Assembly: GCA_933226995.1 (NCBI GenBank)
Contig: CAKOFP010000149.1
Span: 1 to 15,357, forward strand
DNA: 15,357 nucleotides
DNA from: Candidatus Nitrosopolaris rasttigaisensis
GTDB taxonomy: Archaea > Thermoproteota > Nitrososphaeria > Nitrososphaerales > Nitrososphaeraceae
Reading direction: 5' to 3'
Part shown: positions 1-6,462 of the stretch, piece by piece
Layout of the letters: each line of letters opens with the position of its first letter
Numbering within the stretch: position 1 is the stretch's first letter
Position numbers and translations under genes: made by a program
The notes under the pieces: generated by a model
The model's database searches: none
Seen by the model: the letters and a program-made list of their open reading frames with translations, nothing else
What the model was told of the DNA's origin: nothing

Positions 1-47
1 ATCCTATTTATTCTACATTTGCACAATAATAATTTAGGTGTAGATTT

Positions 48-132
48 GGCTTAAAGAAGAGAGGATTAGGGATAGTTTGTTCCTGTGTGGTTCATAATTC
101 TCCTATCACCAATCCCTCTTTTCATTTAAGCC
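48..132. repeat. Long imperfect inverted repeat (hairpin): about 28-nt arms at 48-75 and 103-132 with a 27-nt loop
   Basis: Arm 1 is GGCTTAAAGAAGAGAGGATTAGGGATAG. The reverse complement of arm 2 is GGCTTAAATGAAAAGAGGGATTGGTGATAG. Hand pairing gives about 25 bp with a few bulges and one G-T pair. No ORF covers it. Confidence 0.5.
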
Positions 133-697
133 ATCTGCACTCTTTTAGATTTAAACAATAACGACGTGTAAAAAATTAAGTGAATAGATATCAGTATAAG
201 ATTCAATACCTTTTCCATATAAAGTCTGATATGATTAATAGGTCGTTTCGTTATGTATTAGTGATAATACTGTATACGATTTCGCAAGAGGAAACGCAAG
301 CTACGAGTAGGAAATCGCGTCCAAGCCCAAAGACGGATATAATTAAGATTTCTGCACAAAAAAATAGAAGCATAATGAGAAAGTCAGTCTTGTCCTCGTC
401 TTCCTATCCAAGATTAACGATATAGTCCCAACATAAGGACGACACTTAAGAACACTGACGGGTACTGAGAGCGAATTCTTCTATTATTTGATTATTACTG
501 GCGATTAAAAGCAGAACACGGTGCAATTCTATAGCTTGCGTTAAGGAAATTGGCTCAGCGCCGGCAGTAATGAACTTATTGGGTCTGCAACAAAAATGAA
601 ATAAGAACACAAATATTCAAGGTCTAAAAATAGTAAAAAAATGCTGTCGTTGACTTCGTTCGAATGTTAAAACCACGAAATAGGTACTTGCTGGGGA

Positions 698-835
698 TTA
701 TCGTTGTGAAGTAGCAACGCTGCTGCTAATGTCGGCCTGTAAAGCCTGTTCCCTCATAACCATTGCCACTGTGGTTACTGCCAACGCTGCTGTTATTACT
801 ATAACCGCGCCTAAAGCTAACGTTAATTTAATCAT
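698..835 (-). CDS. Small (45 aa) predicted membrane or signal-peptide protein; it is below the ORF-track length cutoff
   Basis: Hand translation from ATG (835) to TAA gives MIKLTLALGAVIVITAALAVTTVAMVMREQALQADISSSVATSQR. It has one strongly hydrophobic N-terminal helix, and the local GC is higher than in the flanks. I recognise no homology. Confidence 0.35.
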   Translation of the reverse strand: MIKLTLALGAVIVITAALAVTTVAMVMREQALQADISSSVATSQR

Positions 836-884
836 ATTTTCTCAAATAGAAAGTAAGTATTAAAGGTCTGAATTAGCAGGGGTT

Positions 885-906
885 ATCTGGATAACATAAT
901 CCAGAT
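885..906. promoter_or_regulatory. Perfect 8-bp palindrome, ATCTGGAT-N6-ATCCAGAT, about 45-65 bp upstream of the 950 start; candidate operator
   Basis: Read directly: atctggat aacata atccagat. A TATA-like taaatagttat at about 923-934 lies between it and the ATG at 950. Confidence 0.3.
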
Positions 907-949
907 TAATCGTTACAAAAGCCTAAATAGTTATTTTCTGCCTTTTACT

Positions 950-1927
950 ATGTATTTGATCCCATTCTTTAGACCAATACTAACCAGCCGGAAGCACGCT
1001 CAAAGCAATTTCCAGTTTAAGTCTTTAGAAATAATTGCGATAATATCTCTAACATTCTTGTTGTTGCTTGGCATACCAGGGAAATCTAATATCTATGCTC
1101 TACCGATCGGCGGTCATTCACTTGGAGGTGCTGGTGGTATTGGCGGTGCTGGTGGTATTGGCGGTGCTGGCCCGCTATCAGGCAATCAACCAAATAGTAT
1201 CGGCGGGGGTCCTCGATCAGGACCAAATCCGACTACAAACTGTATTGGTTCTGCTGGTCTCTTTCCTTCATCCACCAATTGTGCAAGCCCAACTGTATTA
1301 CATCCCTCCAACGCTCCTAACACGGCTGTAGTACAACCGAGCAATTGTAATGTCCCTACTTCGGTACATATCAATACTCCGAAGAACATTGTTGTACATC
1401 CTGCAACCACCAGCTGTGCTAATCCTAACGTTGTTCATCCCTCCAACGCTCCTAACACGACAGTAGTACAACCCAACAATTGTAATGTCCCTACTTCAGT
1501 ACATCATACCAATGCTCCATCCACCGTAGTAGTACATCCTAGCAATTGTCCTCCTCCCAGTTCAGGAAGCTCAAATTCCTTAACAGTTAATAATGTACAA
1601 AGCTCCAGTAGTAGTGGAAGTTCTACTACAAGTCAAACTACTGTGACTCCAGTTGCGAATGCTGGGTCAAACCAAAACGCACATTCATCCGATCAAGTCA
1701 CGCTCGACGGAACTAAGAGTTATGACCCGAATGGCCATTCGCTTGCTTTCTCTTGGCTACAATTAGCAGGGGGTCCTGTCGTGGTAATGTCAAGTGACAA
1801 TAAAGCTAAACCAACATTCACAGCACCATTAGTTACAAACACGACTAATTTGACATTTCAGTTGATAGTGAATAATGGAAACGCTGATAGTAACCCATCT
1901 TATGTGTCTGTAACGGTTACACAGTAG
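950..1927 (+). CDS. Secreted modular protein: N-terminal signal/anchor, Gly-rich tandem repeat, periodic His/Cys/Pro repeat region, Ser/Thr linker, C-terminal PKD/Ig-like (K319L-like PKD type) domain
   Basis: - 325-aa ORF with a hydrophobic stretch, LEIIAIISLTFLLLLGIPG...IYA.
- GGAGGIGGAGGIGGAG repeat.
- Repeats of the form NxPxTxVV[HQ]PSNC.
- The C-terminus PVANAGSNQ..VTLDGTKSYDPNGHSLAFSWLQLAGGP...PTFTAP...LTFQLIVNNG...VSVTV fits the ANAGxdQ / LDGSxS.DPdG / W.Q..GP / P.FtAP pattern of bacterial and archaeal PKD-like domains. Confidence 0.85.
   Translation: MYLIPFFRPILTSRKHAQSNFQFKSLEIIAIISLTFLLLLGIPGKSNIYALPIGGHSLGGAGGIGGAGGIGGAGPLSGNQPNSIGGGPRSGPNPTTNCIGSAGLFPSSTNCASPTVLHPSNAPNTAVVQPSNCNVPTSVHINTPKNIVVHPATTSCANPNVVHPSNAPNTTVVQPNNCNVPTSVHHTNAPSTVVVHPSNCPPPSSGSSNSLTVNNVQSSSSSGSSTTSQTTVTPVANAGSNQNAHSSDQVTLDGTKSYDPNGHSLAFSWLQLAGGPVVVMSSDNKAKPTFTAPLVTNTTNLTFQLIVNNGNADSNPSYVSVTVTQ
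1127..1171 (+). repeat. Tandem 18-nt coding repeat (ggtgctggtggtattggc x2.5) encoding (GAGGIG)n
   Basis: Two exact 18-nt copies at 1127-1144 and 1145-1162, plus a partial third. It lies in-frame inside the 950-1927 CDS. Confidence 0.9.
1301..1504 (+). repeat. Two 69-nt near-identical coding repeats (1301-1369 and 1436-1504, period 135 nt), each encoding HPSNAPNT[AT]VVQP[SN]NCNVPTSVH
   Basis: By-eye comparison shows only a handful of mismatches across the 69 nt. The two copies sit within a longer series of roughly 11-aa degenerate units. Confidence 0.85.
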
Positions 1928-1980
1928 ATCGATAGTTTACGCGTTATCTAATTAACGATACTGATAATAATATACTATAC

Positions 1981-1990
1981 TTTTCTTTTT
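1981..1990 (+). terminator. Oligo-T tract (ttttcttttt) about 54 nt after the stop of 950-1927; candidate archaeal-type terminator
   Basis: A T-rich run downstream of the stop codon. Archaeal termination commonly uses oligo-T. No experimental support. Confidence 0.3.
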
Positions 1991-2690
1991 ACCTCACATC
2001 CACTTTAACACAATTATTTTTCGACCTAAACTCATCATCCGATATAAACCGAATTAGCTCTTTATCTTCATGAAACCCTTCTTATAATATTGTTATTACC
2101 TGTTTCTGAGATTAGAATTTTGAGACCCTTACTAATTACTGATTAAAGCTAGTCAATGTACATGAATTCTTATTGGTTCTGTCTTTATCTCTGCTTCTCA
2201 ATGGGCCAATTTAATTCTTGGCTCACAAAGTGCATCATTTTTATAGCTTCACACCGTCGCTGAAGAGTTGTGTTCGGAATTGAAAAATCTTTTATTTATT
2301 GTCATGTAGTTAATATCAACCTTTATTACTCCTTTCTCATCTTTTAGTTGCTTTTCTACGATAGACTTGCAACTAATTCAATACATTCCGACTACCCTGA
2401 ACAAAGCTCTTTCAGTTGTCATGTTACCTTAGCTAGTTCTTTCATCCTAAAAACATAGTTACGGGCTATCCAACTATGTGTTTTGTCAACATCAAGTAAT
2501 TTTTTGTTCTACACTTTTGCTGGGGTGCTAGTGTTACTTAATCTAATTGCAGCACATATTTATTTTGACACGGGGGGAATTGTGTGCACCAGAATTGCTA
2601 CCGTTCTTTTGTGGTACTTTTAGCTGCCCCCATTCTTAGTCGTTACAGAATTCGAGTATATGATTGCAGATTGTCATGTTGGAATAACGT

Positions 2691-3035
2691 TCACTTACTA
2701 ACGTTTTCATCTTCAAACCATACCTGTGCCTCGTCACTAAGGTTAGAACGATTGTATTTTCTAAGACAATCTATACAAAGAAACATTGGGGAATCAATAT
2801 ATGGTCTCACGTCAGCTATACTAAAGAAACCAACAGCCTTACGACAATGATCACATGTTAAGATAGCGTCATAATCTTTTAAATCGGTATTTTCATCGTT
2901 TACTAGATCACTAGGAAGAATTGGATCACACTTTGGTTCAAGTGTTGCAGTTTTAGGATTAAATACAAAATCATCAAAACTACCATTTGCGGTATTATTT
3001 TGTTGATGTATATTGTTTTTATTGTTATTTGTCAT
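2691..3035 (-). CDS. Hypothetical protein with an Asn-rich N-terminus and a C-terminal Cys4 zinc-ribbon-like motif
   Basis: 114-aa ORF containing CDHC-x22-CIDC. AAGGAG (reverse complement of 3040-3045) lies 5 nt upstream of the ATG. The opposite-strand ORF 2584-2850 looks like a shadow. Confidence 0.6.
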   Translation of the reverse strand: MTNNNKNNIHQQNNTANGSFDDFVFNPKTATLEPKCDPILPSDLVNDENTDLKDYDAILTCDHCRKAVGFFSIADVRPYIDSPMFLCIDCLRKYNRSNLSDEAQVWFEDENVSK

Positions 3036-3317
3036 GTTACTCCTTCTGCTCCATTGTTGTCCTGTAGGTAATTATTTATCTCTTCCAAGCATATTATTCT
3101 TAACCTTAATGTTTGATAAAACTTACCTTGGCTACGAAAGTTCTCACTCACAGTTCACCCCGCCGTAAACCAACACAAAACAATGGAAGATTTAACATGA
3201 CCTTGAATACTCGTTATCTCTTTCTCCAATTCATAGTACTCAACGCTTGCGCCTGAACCTGATGCGTGCACACCCTAGAAGGAAATTTTTATTACCTAGC
3301 ATATAGATGCGTTCCCT

Positions 3318-3632
3318 ATGGGATTGTATGGAATATATGGAAGCCATTCTCCGGAAAGTTGTCCGCTGAACGAAGTGGAAATTAGAAGACTTGTCATAAA
3401 AATGGCCGGACAACTTGATAAAGTTCTCGCTAAAAACAACGTAAAGATGCTACAGCAGTATCATTCGGGATTAGAACACACATTTCTATGGATCGTAGAC
3501 GCACAAGACGCTCATTCGGTACAGAACTTTATGGTCGAATCAGGATGGGTAAAGTTTAATGCCTTAAAGATAGTTCCGTTGACAGCTTACGAAACCCTCA
3601 TTGAAAAATGCCAAAGTCTAGGGACTACATGA
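3318..3632 (+). CDS. Hypothetical small soluble protein (104 aa), possibly a DUF3303-like alpha+beta fold
   Basis: Clean ORF with balanced composition. TATA-like tttttatta at 3286-3294 lies about 28 nt upstream of the ATG, consistent with a leaderless or short-leader mRNA. The family assignment is only a loose impression. Confidence 0.6.
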   Translation: MGLYGIYGSHSPESCPLNEVEIRRLVIKMAGQLDKVLAKNNVKMLQQYHSGLEHTFLWIVDAQDAHSVQNFMVESGWVKFNALKIVPLTAYETLIEKCQSLGTT

Positions 3633-4128
3633 TTGAAGGGCAGGGCTTAGAATCGAATGTGTCCCATAAGCAACTCGCACGTCACGTATTTGAACTGTAT
3701 CATTAGGAGTTTTTCGCTCACGTCTATTACTAACGAGGCAGCCTCAACAATTACCAAAGTCAAGATTCTAACTAGATATTTATTGATCCCATCTTACCCT
3801 TGTCCAAGCCTTTCTCGGATCATATCTCTCGTAATATCGTCGTTTTTCTGTATCATATTTTTACCTAAATAGATCCGATGATCTATGACGCGAGGAAAAT
3901 TATATGATTCTTTTCCGTGTCTTACGCCTCGAAGTATCCAGCGAAATTAGGAGAATGGGTTGCAACATCAGAACCAGCTGCAATTCATCTTCTAAAAAGC
4001 ATAAGCGCTATAAGACTGGTCTCGAGGATCTTAATAGGAGGTACTTCAATGAATTCATTTTCTAGCACCATTTATGATCGTCCTAACATTGCTTTGTGGT
4101 TCACATAACAAATGGCGATTTTGCATAG

Positions 4129-4830
4129 CTAATAATCCGCGGGAGAGGAATCTTGTCTGATGCGAGAGTAAAAGAGTGCTCGCTTAATAAGATAAAATGG
4201 GAGAACAATTACGAGCAAAATGATACACATGATTAGCATCCAAGTTCCAGTATTGTTGTGACTGTTGACCGAATAAAAAAGATATACCGGCTTATCTAAG
4301 ACACTAAACATCAATCCTGCAAGTCCCATTATTCCGTTTAGGGCAAACAAGGCAAATAACTTGAATGACTCCCCTAAAGATCTTACAGCGAGAAAGCTCA
4401 CAGCACCAACTACTACGAATGAGATATGTTGCGCTATATGTACTTGTTCGTGTGATTGCGCGAAATCGAAAACCGAAGGTATATGCCAAAATGCCAACAG
4501 GGCAGAAGCTATGATAATCCACACGTAGCCATATCTATTGACTGAAAAGATTGTGCGGAGGAACTTGGTCCAAAATAGGATCAGTGTCCCTTTTAGATCG
4601 GTTTTTCTTTTTGAATTCGAAGAAACCAGAAGTTTTAGAATTATTTCAGAGACCTGTACAGATAATACCCCAAGAAAAAAGAACAAAGTATGTTCTATAA
4701 CCATATGATACGCCAAATCCCTTTCTGTAAATTCTAAGAAAGCCGGTTGAATAGACATTAAAGTAAGTATTGTAAAAGATGTGATTATCACATAACTGCG
4801 GATATTTCTATTAATAAAATTTGGTGACAT
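4129..4830 (-). CDS. Polytopic membrane protein resembling the cytochrome oxidase assembly factor CtaG (Caa3_CtaG-like)
   Basis: - 233 aa with about 6-7 hydrophobic helices.
- His-bearing motifs AYHMVIEHTLFFFLG (H42, H47) and FWHIPSVFDFAQSHEQVHIAQHISF (H116, H127, H131, H135) resemble the HMxxH and WHxP...H...H motifs of the Caa3_CtaG family.
- GGAG lies 5 nt upstream of the ATG.
- It is adjacent to the oxidase and cupredoxin genes. Confidence 0.7.
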   Translation of the reverse strand: MSPNFINRNIRSYVIITSFTILTLMSIQPAFLEFTERDLAYHMVIEHTLFFFLGVLSVQVSEIILKLLVSSNSKRKTDLKGTLILFWTKFLRTIFSVNRYGYVWIIIASALLAFWHIPSVFDFAQSHEQVHIAQHISFVVVGAVSFLAVRSLGESFKLFALFALNGIMGLAGLMFSVLDKPVYLFYSVNSHNNTGTWMLIMCIILLVIVLPFYLIKRALFYSRIRQDSSPADY

Positions 4831-5017
4831 ATAATCTCCACTTCAATCGTGCATATTTTTTTCGACGATGAGAATATGACAATATCGGACCCAGTATAAC
4901 GAATAAAAGTTTCAAAACACATCACCATATAAAAGCCTCCTGAATAATGACTAATTAAATCTACTTTCTCCTGTACCGGATAAGAAACGGCCACTATCTT
5001 TAGTATCTTCGCCATTA

Positions 5018-5518
5018 CTACTGACCCACATTTCCGCCACTAGAAGCGATGAGATTAGCCGTCATCCATGGGTGTATAGTACAATGATATGGGATTGTTG
5101 CTTGCCCCTTGATTATAGCTGAGCCGGAAGAACCAGGCTGAATAATACCGGTATCAAAAGAATTGTCAGCAGCAGTTGCTGTGTGCGGAGCCGAATCCTG
5201 ATTAGTCCAGGTTATTTTGGCACCACCTAATACGCTAGCAGGGTTGGGCAAATAGAATATTTTGACCTGATGAGTAGCAGCTCCTTGTGGTATTGATATC
5301 TGGGTAGTCAATTGTGAAGCTCCTCCAGCGGTGGTATTGTCGGTTCGGTTATTAGCGATATTACTAGTAGTACTACTCGATACGCTAGATGTCTGTTGGG
5401 ATGAGCTAATACTAGCTTGTCTTTGGGTTGTAACTGAAGAGACATATATTGTGGCAATAGCTGCAACGGCCAATGCTATACCTATTCCAAATGTTGCTTT
5501 AGAGAGAACAGAGTTCAA
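5018..5518 (-). CDS. Membrane-anchored type-1 blue copper protein (plastocyanin/amicyanin-like cupredoxin)
   Basis: N-terminal TM helix (FGIGIALAVAAIATIYV), then a Ser/Thr-rich linker, then a cupredoxin domain. The ligand set is H112 (SAPHTAT) and C146-x2-H149-x2-M152 (YHCTIHPWM). The only usable start in the open frame is TTG at 5518. Confidence 0.9.
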   Translation of the reverse strand: MNSVLSKATFGIGIALAVAAIATIYVSSVTTQRQASISSSQQTSSVSSSTTSNIANNRTDNTTAGGASQLTTQISIPQGAATHQVKIFYLPNPASVLGGAKITWTNQDSAPHTATAADNSFDTGIIQPGSSGSAIIKGQATIPYHCTIHPWMTANLIASSGGNVGQ

Positions 5519-5693
5519 TAAATCATCAAAGCTGGAGTGGTTCTTATACTATTTGCTATTTGAAAAAAGACTATATAGTGGGAAGATAAAACGGAAACAC
5601 GGCTAATAATAATCACCTACTGTCAAACGCGACCTTGTATATCCGGGGCTATTATTTCGAAACAATATTGAAGACGATTGGAGGACAAAAGTC
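5519..5693. promoter_or_regulatory. Divergent intergenic control region between the cupredoxin gene and coxB
   Basis: A/T-rich TATA-like elements (tcttatactattt at 5542-5554; ctatatag at 5571-5578; ctattatttcg at 5649-5659). SD-like GGAGG at 5680-5684 lies 9 nt before the ATG at 5694. Confidence 0.4.
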
Positions 5694-6407
5694 ATGGTAG
5701 GAGTGCAGCTTGCTTCAGAATTAGGCTTCGGCGTTCCATGGCTTGTAGAAGTTTTGACTATGGCCATAGTAATTGCCACAGGATTTTTTGTTTACGTTGC
5801 ATTATCTACCAAGTCAAAACATGTAGTGTTAGGGGGTTTTGATAAAGCAAAGCATGAACTAAACAAGTATCATGCGGAGAGATATTGGGCCATTTTTGTT
5901 GCTGGCATGCTCATTTGGCTTTATATCCTAGGTTATCCATGGATGCCACCTGTCGCTTTTTCCAATGCACTTCAGCATACTGGAAAAGTGCATATAGTAA
6001 AGGTTACGGGTGGCCAGTGGTTTTGGGTACTTCAGGATGGAGGATTTTCTAGTGGTCAAAGTCATGCAAATATGAAGAAAACTAGTACAAATGTATCTGC
6101 CGAGGTTACTTCATTTGGAACAGGAGGAGTTATGGGGACTACTGCTGCTAGCGGCGAAGTTAAAATCAAGGTTGGTGAGGTAGTGAAATTTGTTGCCCGG
6201 TCTATTGATGTAAATCATGGATTCACCATTCTATCTAGCTCAAACAGTATGGACTCACCATTAATGCAGATGCAAGTTATTCCAGGATTCGATAACATAT
6301 TTTATTACACATTCAACAAACCAGGTACTTACACCATAAGGTGTCTGGAATATTGTGGCTGGAACCACCCATATATGATATCGTTAGTCACCGTAGTGTC
6401 GGCTTAA
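5694..6407 (+). CDS. coxB: Heme-copper oxidase subunit II (CuA domain)
   Basis: Two N-terminal TM helices. The CuA ligand pattern is H175 (DVNHGF) ... C217-x-E219-x-C221-x3-H225-x2-M228 (RCLEYCGWNHPYM). A GQWFW aromatic motif is present, and an SD precedes the ATG. Confidence 0.92.
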   Translation: MVGVQLASELGFGVPWLVEVLTMAIVIATGFFVYVALSTKSKHVVLGGFDKAKHELNKYHAERYWAIFVAGMLIWLYILGYPWMPPVAFSNALQHTGKVHIVKVTGGQWFWVLQDGGFSSGQSHANMKKTSTNVSAEVTSFGTGGVMGTTAASGEVKIKVGEVVKFVARSIDVNHGFTILSSSNSMDSPLMQMQVIPGFDNIFYYTFNKPGTYTIRCLEYCGWNHPYMISLVTVVSA

Positions 6408-6462
6408 AGGGTGATGATGATGGTGATACAAAAAACAGAATGAAAAGGAGCATGGAATAAGG

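Noticed and set aside
180-425. Tracked 81-aa ORF (GTG start). Also a hand-found 54-aa GTG ORF at 446-610 on the minus strand (…AEPISLTQAIELHRVLLLIASNNQIIEEFALSTRQCS)
   Set aside because: There is no recognisable motif, promoter or SD, and the composition is odd (very basic, Ile/Ser-rich). The evidence is insufficient to call either a gene. The 446-610 frame looks slightly more protein-like but remains unsupported.
1068-1410. Tracked ORFs 1068-1331 (+) and 1186-1410 (-) inside the 950-1927 gene
   Set aside because: They lie in an alternative frame or antisense to a much longer ORF with clear domain structure. Their low-complexity translations are typical of shadow ORFs over repeats.
1127-1504. 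Considered whether the direct repeats could be a CRISPR-like or other non-coding array
   Set aside because: The repeats are in-frame within a long ORF and encode repeated peptide units, and no spacer/repeat architecture is present. They are coding tandem repeats.
2584-2850. Tracked 88-aa plus-strand ORF
   Set aside because: It is antisense to the better-supported zinc-ribbon gene 2691-3035, which has an SD and a CxxC...CxxC motif.
3657-4108. Tracked ORFs 3657-3872 and 3917-4108 (+)
   Set aside because: The translations are Ser/Ile/Leu-rich with no motifs, and alternative broken frames exist on the opposite strand. I treat the interval as non-coding or decayed rather than calling genes.
4788-5015. 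75-aa ORF filling the gap between the cupredoxin gene and the CtaG-like gene (minus strand)
   Set aside because: It starts 2 nt after the cupredoxin stop and overlaps the CtaG-like start by 43 nt, so it could be an operon member. However, the sequence has no TM helix or motif and an unconvincing composition. It should be kept in mind if transcript or proteomic data exist.
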